Assembly (NCBI GenBank): GCA_040954595.2
Contig: CM082576.2
Coordinates: forward strand, 9,861,129-9,925,128
DNA: 64,000 nucleotides
Direction: 5' to 3'
Source of the DNA: Balanoglossus misakiensis
Taxonomy: Eukaryota; Animalia; Hemichordata
Within the stretch, counting starts at the first letter, position 1. Each line of letters opens with the position of its first letter. A model generated the notes under the pieces. That model was not told the origin of the DNA and searched no databases. It worked only from the letters and a program-made list of their open reading frames with translations. Both the position numbers and the translations under genes were made by a program. This document shows positions 33,201-45,452 of this stretch, piece after piece.

Positions 33201-36200
33201 GTATGCACCCTCATGTTTCATTCCCAGCATCATTGCCATTTATTATAGACAGTCAAGTTAAAGTCAACACATTGCGTATTCCCTGTACGGCATGTGCTGG
33301 CAAGACAAGTCTGTTGAAACAGACAAAAGTCTGAAGTGAGAGTTAACAGCTGCAGTCATTGTAGACATGAAATGTACTGAGGGATTTCTTGTTTTTCTGT
33401 AAACAGTATCCTGGGACAGCATCTTCAGAAGTAACACCACTGAGAAGTTCACCGTTCACAGTAATATGAATACCAATATCGGTGTGCTGCGTCTCTTTCC
33501 CGGCATTACAACTAACACGGTTAGTCTGTCAATCAATGTCTGATGACACGCCCACTTGTATGATTTACTAGTATAGCCAATCAGAGTGGAGGAACTCCTG
33601 CCAACATCTTTTGAGGATTATGTTGGCTGATGTTATGTTACAAACCTGGTCATGTGTGACATTTTTCATTCATTTTTATCATATAATGGCTGGGAAACAT
33701 GATTTTGCACACTGTATCACATTATAGGTAAAAGATCATATAATGGTTGGGAAACATGGTTTTTACATACTGTATCACATTATAGGTGAAAGATTTCATC
33801 TGTCCACCGTCAAATCAGGATGCCAAATCACTCTGGGTAAATGACACTGTGTCTGCCGTGACTCATGATCAGGTAGACATAGTCAGTTCTTCTTGCTGTT
33901 AACAAGCTAGCAGGCTTGCATGTGCATGGCTAGTAGGTTAATGGTGCAAGAGGGCGTGCAAGTTCCCCTATTTCTCAGCACCTTTATTACCTACTGATTT
34001 GTCCTTTGGGTGTGGTCAACTGAATTAATCCCTTTTTGTAGATTTGGTATTGTAGGTCCTGTGGTCAAGATATCTATTTTCTATTATGTGTAGGCTTCAT
34101 ATCAATACATGTATATCTATTTTCTATTAAGTGTGGGCTTCATATCAATACATGTATATCTATTTTCTACTGTGGGCTTCATATCAATACATGTATATCT
34201 ATTTTCTATTAAGTGTGAGCTTCATAAAATATATATAAAAGCAAGTCGCTATCTAGATGAACTAATCCTCACTGACATTCGCCTTGACTGGACACGATGA
34301 ATCTCTTGCTAGATTAAATGGCAGTTATCGACTATGCTGGCACTGGGCTAACCCTAGCTGTAAGCTTCAGTGTCTTTGCCCAGTTTTAGCTCAATGAAAA
34401 GAACTTTCTATATTTATAGTGACTCTGTCAGCCAGTACAGTCACCCACTGGCACTCTGTCAATGCCTGTTTCCGGTGCTGACTCTCGAAATCTATCTTGA
34501 TTTGATTGTACTGTAACCAGGTGAAGTCCTTTCTGCAGCCACCAATGGGAGGCATCGTACTGCAGACCTACGGTGCCGGCAATGCCCCCGACAACAGACA
34601 GGATTTACTGGATGTATTCAAGGAGGCCTCTGATAGGGGAGTTCTTATCATCAATTGCACACAGTGTGCAACGGGGACGGTGGTCTGCTCATATGCCACG
34701 GGAAAGGTAGGAGTTTTTGGTTAGCTTTTAGTAGATACACCAACCACCAGTGGTTGTGATTGATTAAAAGAGGCTCTTCCCAGCGATTGGTCACAGATGT
34801 CTTCTGTGAATCAAAACCAACCTATCAGAATGGTGATTTCAAAATTGTCATATATATTATTCAAATGAGGTTTAACAGGGACATTTGTCTGGCCCAGTTT
34901 TGTCACACATTTTTTTAAGGATTACTGTTGGAATTTTGAAACTGATGTACTTTTAAACTCACAGGCACTTTTGGATGCCGGAATAATCCCTGGATCTGAC
35001 ATGACTACGGAGGCAGCTTTGACGAAACTGAGTTACGTGCTGGGGAAGGACGACCTCTCGCAGGAGGAGAAGCGCAAAATGATGTCCACGAACCTGAGGG
35101 GAGAGATGGTTGTAACCGAGGGCGACCACAGCAAGCTGGCACTGAGTGACAGCGAGTTTATCAGAGCAGTGGTTGACACTCTACGGGTGACCTCCAGTCA
35201 GGTAGGTAGACCTTTTTTCCGAACTCCACGAGACCCCGTGAGATCTCGCGTGGCTTGGCTGTATATATGGGAGGACAGTCTCATGAGACACAATGACAAA
35301 CATCACATGGCCCATAGTGGTCAACTGCAGGCAAAAATGTCACAAATTTTGTTGAACTCGATGTGCAGCTATTCTAGTTTCATACAACGCTTGACTTGTA
35401 TTTCTTGGCTATAGTGACCCATTGCTATCATGGTAATTAACCAAGTGTCGTGAGATCTCGCATCAAGCGGAAATTCATCTACTGCCCCCACTTGGTAGAG
35501 GGGACAAACTTCTTGAATTCTGCAACAAACCTTTGCATGGGATCTGCAGTCTTGAAATACCGATAAGTAGAGTAAAAATAAGAGCTATACCAGAAATGGT
35601 GGGAAAATATAAAAACTGGTTAGAATGAATGGGTGTACTCGGTGCTTTCTTCATGGGTGCCTTTTTCGTGCCAATTCTTTCAGGAAGTCCAGGCTGTTGG
35701 TAATTCTCTCTTTCCGTCACTGCTGTGTGCAGCAGCCAAAGTGGGCGATATCAAGCTAATGAAAGAGTTGCATCAACAGGTCTGTATGTTAATTGCACTG
35801 AAGAAGATTTCCACTTCATCTCTCTTCCTCAGTGCAGGCTTCTGTAACAATTTGACATGAACAACACTGGCTGTCACAGTGTCTCTGTTAATGGATACAT
35901 TCTTCGTATACACATGAACATAAGGAATTGTGTATACATGTACATGATGTTAAGAAATTTGTTGAACACATATTCTTTATGTTTTGAAAGAATCCATCTC
36001 ATTTGTCCATGCTTGTATTTCAAGTCCATGCTTGTATTTCAAATACTGGGCAAGTGATAATCTGGTTCTTTATTCAGAAACCTTTGCATGGGGCATCCGA
36101 AATCTGTTTTCTTAAAGACTGGCTGAAATTTTCCATCGTAATGAAAATATATTGTACTTGACACGCTGATAAGTATTCTTCTGACAGACGACTATTTTAC

Positions 36201-38011
36201 AAAAAACAAATCTGATGTTTTTCAGGGTGGGGAATTGAGCATGGCAGACTTTGATGGAAGAACACCCCTGCACGTGGCATCCTGTGAAGGGAATTACGAA
36301 GCTGTTCAGTTCCTCTTGGAAAATGGTGCTTCAATCTACGCTCGGGACAGGTTCGGACATTCGCCGGTCATGGATGCCATCAGGTTCAAGTAAGTTTGGT
36401 CATCGCTGTCGTGAATATATATTTTGTCAAAATATTCAGGTGTTGAAGGGTACATGCGTCACCTCACGTAATAGTTTGAACTTTTGAGCCGTTGACCATA
36501 CAGGTATGCAGACGTCTTATCAGGCATTTACAATTTAATATACTGCATGCCAGAGTTGACATGTACATTCAGTTATGTGAAATGTCGGTGTTCTGTCCAG
36601 TACGGTCACATATAAACCTGAATATGGTACCATCAGTATTTTAATTACATGTATTTTTTTAATTTGACACATTATTTGGCTAAACTGGGACAGTACTGTT
36701 ACTTGTGTACGTGTGGTTTGGCACATCAGCTTTTTACGTTATAGCGCCACCAATAGGTTGAATACAGTGGGGACTGCATGTGGCTGGTTGGGGTAGTCCT
36801 ACTCTGACATGTACCTGCAGTATGCGGGATTATGTCAGTATTTGCAGTCTTAAGGCCTACTGCTAGTGTTGGATGAGTCATGCCACACTCATTCACCCAA
36901 AGTGCTGAAATATGTAGTTTGATTTTGTCTATTGAACTTGCTTACAAGTTTAAGGAATTTTGAAAAGGAAGAAAATGTAGTTGAGAATTCTGTATATTTA
37001 AAATTATCAGAATTGTACCGGTACAATGTTCAAAATATGTTCACACAAGATTCTTCCACCTGTTTTTAACAACATGATTCATTTCTGCCTGTCTTGTGTT
37101 TCAGGAATTTTGACATCATAAAGTTGCTGCGACAGACAGGTGCCCACATAGAACGCATGACCTTGCATCAAGTTGGCATGAGGCTTTGCGAGTAAGTGTG
37201 AATATTTGCATCTTGTTGCTCGTGATGTTGTCTGTCATTGACAGGAGATGATTGTCAGCATACACGTACATATACGCTAGATATAATTCTACAGTAATAG
37301 ACTGTGGTCATCGGGCGAGAAATTTTTGGTCGTGCGCCATCACTGGTCAATAGTTGTGAGGGATGAGTTTCGATGTCATCCTGCTGAGGGCACTCACATA
37401 CTACTCTACAGTAAATTCTGAGTCATTCTAATTGCAACTTATAAATGACTCCGATTTTCAGCGCTGCCTCCCTGGATGATGTGGACGCTTTGAAAGCATG
37501 GCATCTGGTCGGTGCCGACCTGAACTGTCCGGACTACAACGAGAGAACTGCTCTTCATCTGGTGAGTGTTACCACCATCATGTCCTCCATCTCTCATATA
37601 CATTGTAGAATAGGGGGATCTTTGTTGGCCTATTAAAATGGAGTGTTAAGCAGGGGTACCTTCTGTCATAACAGTTCATGGTGATTTTTTAGTCTTTAGA
37701 AAATATTTGTTTTCTGAAACTTCAATGCTCATGCCATGTCGTTGGATTCGACACAGTTATTCTAAATCAAGGAATAACACCAACAGGCCAGTTAGATATT
37801 TTCCACTGATGGTGTTTTTATGCTCACCAACTTTTTTTCTCTGCAGGCGGTGCTGAATCAGAGCGTGGAGGCAGTGAGGTTCCTGCTCGAGAATGGTGCT
37901 GACACTTGCATTGAAGACTCTCTGGGTTACACAGCTCGGTCCCTGGCGAGTCAGTGCAAGAATGAACACATCAAAGCTTTGGTCCTACAGGACCAGAAAT
38001 TGCTAAAATAG
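30244..38011 (+). CDS. ASPG: L-asparaginase / 60-kDa lysophospholipase (type I asparaginase domain plus ankyrin repeats), 638 aa, 13 coding exons
   Basis: Exons: 30244-30445, 31739-31856, 32310-32547, 32705-32788, 33054-33180, 33407-33519, 34521-34706, 34965-35201, 35684-35779, 36226-36389, 37105-37191, 37462-37561, 37847-38011 (TAG). Phases consistent, 1917 nt. Motifs: [89 protein letters not shown], then ankyrin motifs [12 protein letters not shown] and [11 protein letters not shown]. Confidence 0.96.
30791..30895. mobile_element. ~105-bp fold-back MITE in ASPG intron 1 with target-site duplication
   Basis: Termini tagctgtggtaacgcag and ctgcattaccacatcta are near-reverse complements. Inner arms ctgcactgttggg/cccaacggtacag and ggggagggggct/agcccccacccc also pair. 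The element is flanked by ctcaactt at 30782 and 30896. Confidence 0.65.
33678..33795 (+). repeat. Two-copy ~58-bp tandem duplication in ASPG intron 6
   Basis: atcatataatgg(c/t)tgggaaacatg...actgtatcacattataggt(a/g)aaagat occurs twice in tandem. Confidence 0.85.
34071..34226 (+). repeat. 43-bp minisatellite, ~3.7 copies, in ASPG intron 6
   Basis: Unit tatctattttctattaagtgtgggcttcatatcaatacatgta starts at 34071, 34114, 34157 and 34196; the third copy carries a 4-nt deletion. Confidence 0.9.
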
Positions 38012-39111
38012 CTTGTCTTCAACGCAGACAGTCAAGATGGTGATGCTTCAAGCATCACCTCGTGGTCTTATCTCAAAATGCAAACTTAATATTCCAGTAC
38101 CATATACTGACATTTCTGCTGCAATAAATTTGGTAAACGATGTCAGCTTTATTTGGGGCATTAGTTTGAAACACTTAGGGAAGGATTCCCTAGAAGTGTG
38201 TTCCTGTGTGTGGTACATTATGGTGGTGCTGGTGACAGCCTCAGATTTGAATCCGTTGAAATGGATCCAATGAAATCATGGTATACAATATAGTAATAGT
38301 CTTGGTACAGTAAATGTAATTGATATGACAGTCTTGGATTGCGATTCACCAAGCCACTTCATGTACTTGCATCAGTGTTAAATTTGTATGCCCAACATGG
38401 TGACATCAAACATTTACATGTACATCACAAATGCACAGACGGGTAAACTTTTTTTTACCACAAGAAGCAGAAAATGATTTCATGCTTAGTGATGCTTTTA
38501 ATCATACAAATATTTAGCGATTTTGGGTTTTTTTCCAGTGACATTTTTCGTTGTAAAATATATGCTGCATTATTGACACAAAATACTCATATTTATGAAA
38601 ACTTGTTTTGGTGTTTGTGTGCTGTCGCTTTCAGGAATATAATAGTGTAATAATATATAGTGAACTTGTAGCATATCTATTCTAACATATTTGTGTTTTT
38701 ATTTGGGCATTGATCCTCTTAGTTTATACAACATCAGATTGATGTAGTCTATTTAAAGCTTAAAGAGGTGTCAAATGAAATGTGACTATTGGGCTGACAC
38801 AAAATAATATACATATTTTGTTAATCATGTGCCTGACTACATGTATATGGAAGTTGTTGTTTTGACTATAAATTAGGTGCAAGTGCTTGATGTACATTTC
38901 GCCTAAGTTCAATGCATTTGTTTACAGTGTAAACTAAAACGGTTTTGTATTTCATTTGTAGTCTAGTGATTTTTATCTGTTTTCTTGTACTTTATCCATT
39001 TAATCATGAAATCATGAAAGGAATACAGAGAGCTCTTGTTTTCATATACCTGGTTTGGTTTCCAGGGTTGGTTAAGATTTGACTTGACTGGCATTATATT
39101 TATTGTGTTTC

Positions 39112-39154
39112 AATAAAGCATAGACAGTAGACTTTTCTACTGTCTATGAATAAA
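39112..39154 (+). terminator. Candidate ASPG polyadenylation signals
   Basis: AATAAA at 39112 and 39149, followed by a GT/T-rich tract (ttggtgtcttttgttatttgg), about 1.1 kb after the stop codon. Confidence 0.45.
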
Positions 39155-39186
39155 CATAGCATGATGAAATTGGTGTCTTTTGTTAT

Positions 39187-39420
39187 TTGGGGGAGAACGC
39201 TTGTACATGTATTTGATTTCTGAGGGAGTGAATTGAGGATTTGGGGGGGGGGGTGTTAGCAGATGGTGCAGAGGAAATTTTTATCTGCAGTGCCTTGATG
39301 AAAAAAACATGGACTGGCAATCAAATAAAACAGTTTGCTGTAGTGTAACAGTTGCTGAAAAAAAATTGCTGACATGCCCAAATTCTCCACCCACCCCCGA
39401 AATCAAATGGTTTTTCCCAA
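39187..39420. mobile_element. Degraded MITE (terminal pattern reminiscent of PIF/Harbinger)
   Basis: The left end ttgggggagaac...atttgatttc and the right end gaaatcaaatggtttttcccaa are reverse complements apart from a short insertion. A subterminal G-run faces C-runs. Confidence 0.45.
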
Positions 39421-40260
39421 CGTCTGGGAATTTCTTGTTCACAATGTCCGCAAACTGATCGTGTCACCGGCCCACTTGTACATATGCATGTACCGACATT
39501 AATCGGGGCTAGCTAAACAAGCAGATGAATACAAATTACAAGAAATGATAAAATGGCAGAAGCTGTTGATAGTCAGTGCCTGTCGGAAGACAAATACTGT
39601 CTTGTGACACACAGGAAGTTTACTGGAGATTTTTGTTGAAAAGCATAGCACATTCCACATGGTCCGTGGTATGAGTCATTTTTTGCTGAGGAAAGTGAAA
39701 TGAAATTAAGTGCAAAATTCGGGGGAAAAACTAAGTGTTTCGGAGTTGGTTTTTCACCCGAAAGCCTTGCTGGGAAGCCCTACAATTTCACCAGTACAAT
39801 CACTGAAATTTTCGAAGTTAGTTTGGATGTAGCGGCCACTGGCTATACGCGTCGAAATAGTTTAATATGTACTTTTTTACAGAAACGGTTTAACGACAAC
39901 GTGACAAGTTCTAATTTGTAAAATTTACCAAGCATTTAATGTGGAGTATTTGAGTAAGTTTTATAGGGGGCGGTTCGAAGTGTAATACATGGTCTGGTCT
40001 TTCCACCTGGCAAAAAGGGTCAAAAATGCAGATATTTGTAAATGGTTTTATTCTGATTAGAATCTTAGAACGCATTCTTTGTGAACAGATATTTAGGTGA
40101 CAATGACGTTCAGTTGAATTTCCCCTACTCAAACATTTCAAAGCGTATGGTAAACTCTTTCGGATGTGGAATCGTTTGATGTTCAAAATGTCTGAAAAAC
40201 TACGACAAAATAGTAATCCGAAATTCCAATAGTTATGTAACTGTGTCAGCGCTTTTGATG

Positions 40261-40487
40261 CTGGTCACGTGACGTGACGTGAGACGTGCCAGAGGAAAAT
40301 GTTCGCTGCTGATTGGTTGGAGCCACCTGGACCACCTCCACTTGGAAATTTCCGTCTAGCCTTCCGTGCATTTTCATAAGAGAGTCAGACGGCCACGCTG
40401 CTGCACGGACCACGAGAAGATGCGGAGAACTCTGCCCCCAAAACAGAGTTTCTCCGCTGGATAGTTTTCATGACGACAGCGGTAAGT
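40261..40487 (+). promoter_or_regulatory. Orphan promoter plus candidate first exon (plus strand) with a 5' hairpin/uORF and a strong splice donor
   Basis: GTCACGTGACGTGACGTG (40264-40281), reverse CCAAT (gattgg, 40311), a CpG-rich stretch, hairpin GCGGAGAACTCTG-loop-CAGAGTTTCTCCGC (40422-40457), ATG at 40470 and donor GCG|GTAAGT at 40481/40482. No downstream exon was recognised in the window. Confidence 0.5.
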
Positions 40488-41029
40488 AAAGTAACAGAAG
40501 TAGACACATTTGCTCAATTTTTGAACAGAAACATGGGTTATTTTGTGGCGAGTTACGAACAACTAAAAACCCAGGCGTTTACACCACAGAATTGAAAAAT
40601 TGGAAACGTCACAGTCGGACAGCTCGAGTCAGCGCTTCCCAAATTCCACCCTTTCGCGTTACTCAACTTGAGATGTACGGTAACACTTATCAAATTAAGA
40701 CAAGTCGGTGTTATAACTCTACTGGTGGGCGGCAGATTTTTTTTACAAAAAATAACAAGGGGAGGCGGCTACGTTGAATTGGTAGCGGGTTCGCGTGTCG
40801 TCAGCATATTTTCGAGTGTTAACGAATGCAAATTTTGTTTTATACTCCCACATGTCCCAGACAATGGCAAAAATAAGCTTTGAAACGTTTCATTGGGAAC
40901 AGTTGTTTTTGTGTGTCCGTACAGTCTTTGCCCCCCGAAAATGTCGGAGTTTAAAATGTTCCGCTTGCCTAATTTGAAAATATGTAAATGTACATAGTGC
41001 CATGCTGGGGTTTTAGGCTACTTGTCTGT

Positions 41030-43740
41030 CAGCGAAGCCCTAAACATGTATTGTCGTCGTGTATGGTACAATATAGGCATTCAATATTTGTTTCCTCATT
41101 TTGCAGAGCCAAGGCCCAGATGAACTGATGCTGTACGTTCCACGTGGATGCTATGATGTTGTACAAGCATGATGTACAAGTAAGCGGTATCAGCCAAGTT
41201 TTTTTTGGCAATTTTTAAGAACTTTCTACGATTCTGACTGGTGCCGGTAGCCAGTTCAGCGAACCGATTTTGCACAAATCTGAAGAATGCAACAATGCGG
41301 ATGCTATATGTGGATGTCATTTTAAAGTTTTAATACCAACATGACTACATGCTCGGTGTATGGGTCATTTTTGTTACGGCACCAACAAGTTCATCGGCTT
41401 TGTATGCTTCGAAAGGTGCTCGTTGTTGCGAGTGTGTGTGTGTGCATGAGTGTACGGTAAGTTGTACGGTATATTTGGGCCATGCAGCTAGACTACAATG
41501 AGGTGAGCGTTTGTATGTTCCATGGCTGAATGAAGACCAGTGGATGAAGTTTCGTAACAAGTAAGTTATATAGACATAAATAAAATCCCCGGTGCGGGTG
41601 GGTCCCATCCCTCAGACCGTCAGTTAATACTTAATACAAGTGTTTTTTTAGATATGTTATCTTTCGTCATTATTCAATAAAAATAAAATAAAAACATACA
41701 CGCACTCATAATACTTGGAGTGGTTTATTTCCGTACCGATCATCTTCCCCTCGCGTATATAGTTAATACAGTTTTTTTAGATATGTTATCTTTCGTCATT
41801 ATTCAATAAAAAAATATTAAAAACATACGTGTATTGATAAAACTGAGAGTGGTTTATTTCCGTACCGATCATCTTCCCCTCGCGTATATAGTTAATGCAG
41901 GTTTTTTAGATATGTTATCTTTCGTCATTATTCAATAAAAAATATTAAAGCTATACGTGTATTGATAAAACTGAGAGTGGTTTATTTCCGTACCGATCAT
42001 CTTCCCCTTCACGTATATAGTTAATACAGGTTTTTTAGATATGTTATCTTTCGTCATTATTCAATAAAAAAATATTAAAACCATACACGCACTCGTAATA
42101 CTGGGAGTGGTTTATTTCCGTACCGATCGTCTTCCCCCTCACGTATATAGTTAATACAGTTTTTTTAGATATGTTATCTTTCGTCATTTTTCAATAAAAA
42201 TATTAAAACTATACGTGTATTGATAAAACTGAGAGTGGTTTATTTCCGTACCGATCATCTTCCCCTTCACGTATATAGTTAATACAGGTTTTTTAGATAT
42301 GTTATCTTTCGTCATTATTCAATAAAAAATATTAAAAACATACACGTACTGATAAAACTGGGAGTGGTTTATTTCCGTACCGATCATCTTCGTGCGTGTT
42401 ATTTACTTTCTATTTTTTGTTGAGATTTGTTATCTTTACCCGTTTACCACGAAGTGCAATAAAAGTTATTAAAAATATACTAGTACAACCTGGCATTTGT
42501 TTTTTCATTTTCACGTTTGCTTTACAGGGGGCACCAAATCGCATTTATTCAAATGAGGTGGGTGGATTCACTTCAATCCGACAAAGCAAGATTTGTTGTC
42601 AGAGTTAAGAAATTTCCGCGTGGCTGTAAAATTGAAAAATGTAAATGTGGAAAGTGTCAAGCTGAAGTTCTGTGGCTACTTCACTGTCAACGAAAAGTGC
42701 TAAAATAAATACTGTCGCGGTCATTCATATTGGTTCAAATTCTTCATTTGCTTGTTTTGCAGATGCAGAGACCCGAGTTACTTTCGCCATGCAGAGGTAT
42801 AGCTGGGTGAGGTAAGGGCAGGTATGTTCCATGGCCGAACGATCGTGAATATTGCAGACATTCACTTCATTCCCCTTGTTTTGCAGATCCAGAGACGAGA
42901 TCAACTCGAAATGGAATCCATCAACCAAGCTGGGACCTTAGCCTAAGTGACTAGTTATTTTCGACATGCAGCAGTATGGCTGGGTGCGGTAAAGGCAGTA
43001 TGTTCAATGCCTGAACGAAGACCAGAGGTTTCAAGCAAGGTTTGACGAGTGATATAGACATTAAAGCCCCTCTTTTCATGGTGGCCATTTTGAATTTTTT
43101 TTTCTTGCGATTCAGACTGATCCCGTTTCCCAGTCAAGCGATTTGATTTTGCACAAACCTGCATGTAACAATATGGACCCGTTCCTATATGTGGATGTCA
43201 AATCAATGTTTTAAAACCGACCTGACTGCTGGATGCAAGGGGTGGCCATTTTGTTATAGCACAAACATGTTCGCCATCATTTACATACTTTTCATTTATT
43301 CCAGAGATCCCATAGATGATGCTAAGATTGCCAGCCTGTGAGATTGATGTCCAGACATTACTGCATGGTTGTGAGAAGGTAAGAATTGTGTGAGTGGGGG
43401 GGGGGAATTGAAGCAATGGCGGTGACAATACATGGTAGGGGTGTGTGGATGTGGTGTGTTTGTTCAGTGTCCAGGAGTTAACTAAGTACAATTATAAGCT
43501 TATATGGGCAGATCTCTACCGTTGTTGATGTAGAATTTAATCAAGTTGCCAAATAGAGTGAAATTCCAGGCAGCCATACAGATTTACATGATGTACCATC
43601 TGCGAATGAACAACAATTGGTGTACAGTGGTGATCATACTTTGTTTCATGTCCATGGATATTATAGACATTCCTTTCTACATTGCTTGTTTTGCAGATGC
43701 AAAGACCAGATGGGTATCATGCAACCAAGCTGAGGACGAA
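41030..43740 (-). pseudogene. Decayed, internally repeated coding-like relic (possibly leucine-rich repeats of the cysteine-containing type)
   Basis: Diverged repeated blocks: ctatatgtggatgtca at 41304 and 43185 within ~200-bp similar segments; ttgttttgcagat at ~42752, ~42876 and ~43686; gaacata...tgcatg...aaa blocks at ~41470-41530, 42777-42838 and 42953-43017. Minus-strand fragments read IWALALQN, ISSLDLQNK, IWSLHLQNK, CPYLTQLYL, SLAAWPKYT and AACRK, with many stops and frameshifts. Confidence 0.35.
41622..42391 (+). repeat. 129-bp AT-rich tandem repeat, ~6 copies plus a degenerate partial copy
   Basis: gatatgttatctttcgtca recurs at 41651, 41780, 41909, 42038, 42168 and 42296 (periods 129, 129, 129, 130, 128). 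Each unit contains gagtggtttatttccgtaccgatc. Confidence 0.97.
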
Positions 43741-45452
43741 GTGTCCATTTCCCGCGATGCAGCTGTAACTGTTATTTTCTTCGAAAATTTGGCATGATTG
43801 TGAAAATTACAACTCTTTGATTTTGTTCATCAATAGACAACGAAAATGTTTTGAGATTCACAGAAGTAATGTACTTGCTCCTTTTTTCATTGTAAGTATA
43901 CAGATAATACTGTATACATGTATCCTCTTTTGTTTATGGTTTTAAAACTTTGAAATTAAAATTGTCAATGAACCAGATTAAAATGAAATACTTGTCTGTA
44001 TCATTTTATTACCCCAACACTGCCTTGATGTTGAGTTAATTGAAACAGGTAAGGTCAAAGGTCGGCCCGTTAATTTTTAGCAAACTCTGTTGTCCCATTG
44101 ATACTCAAAAGCGTCAGGTTTGCAACCATCATAGATACTGACTTGTGCAAAGAAGGCGAGAAGTCGTCAAAATTTTGGCAAACTAATTCTGTTCCCGTAG
44201 TTGGCCATAGCAACTGAGACCTTGGTATTTGCTTCCTACTGACGCTCGGGAAATTCAAAATTAGGCGAAAGATCACCTGTAAACATTGAAACAAATTCTA
44301 GAAGTTTGACCAGCGCACTTTTTCTAAATTTGCTTAATTGTTCAACAGTATGTCGAAGTTGCCACAAATCCAAAGTCTGTCCCCTTGCTGAGCTTTTCGG
44401 AGTAAACGTTTCCATGTACACTACAGAACCCGAGATAGTGCGAAAAAATTGTCGTTAAATGTTCAAATGAGGAAGCAGTTTGTACACTAAGCACTCAAAT
44501 GATCAAATTACCTACGAAGTTTAACCAATTTCGTTGATACTTAGAAAGATATACCGACTCTAGTCGCCAAAACTATACGTTGAAATTGATTACTAAATTT
44601 GCATTCCGTGTCCTCCAAAGTTGAGATACAGCAATACCACAGTTTGAACGCCACTTAAAAAATAATTTTCCTGACCTGCTAGTTAATCAGGTTCCCCCTC
44701 CCCCATAATGGGCAAAATTTGGCGTACGTCGCTGAGGGCGCCAAAATGTACATCACTACTGCAGCAGCAAGTTCGTTGTTTACTGAAAAGGAGTCTCCGA
44801 CAAAAATCTCTGAATCGACATTCACTGAGAAATCGGTGACAAGCGATCTGTCTAAAATATGGCCCAGTATTTGTGTGGTGTTTATGATATGAACCAACAA
44901 ACATCAAACGCGTATTAGATTATGTACGTTTGGGCTTGGAAGGCACAATACCGTGGCACTTCATCAGAGCCATTTAGTAGTCAAACGCTGCCATTTTGAA
45001 TAGGCGGAAGCACAGGGAAATAGCATGAAGTAAATTTAAAACTAAATAATGCATTGATATAAGAACATTTCATCCTCACAGAAATCCATTTCATGTCAGA
45101 AATGCAAAACAAAGTCTTCTGAGTAGGCAAAATAATCCAGCTAGCCGGAACACCATTTGGCGAAATGCAAATTAAATCGACCAATTGCAGGATAACACGG
45201 AGTCCCACAACACCAGTACATCAAATATGATATTAGATTACTTTAGAATATTTATCCCGATCATCATGTTGAAGATGTGGCTAATTTAATTGGAAGTGAC
45301 CCCGAAAATTGAAGATGTGGCTAATTTGCTCAAGAGTGATCCAGACAATCAGCAAGGTGGGTGACTATTCCTTTTTTATAATTTGAGGTATAGTGGAGCG
45401 ACATAACAGATCGATTGTGCAATTTGGTGTTTTCGTCATTTTTTGACATTTT

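Noticed and set aside
14693-39253. Poly-C/poly-G runs (e.g. ~14693, ~22856, ~24777, ~30627, ~39243) and scattered CTCF-like words
   Set aside because: Common low-complexity or short-motif matches with no additional supporting structure.
44679-45330. Short ORFs and a DYFRIF fragment as a piggyBac-like transposase relic
   Set aside because: Similarity is limited to a few residues across frameshifts; no TIRs or catalytic motifs could be supported.
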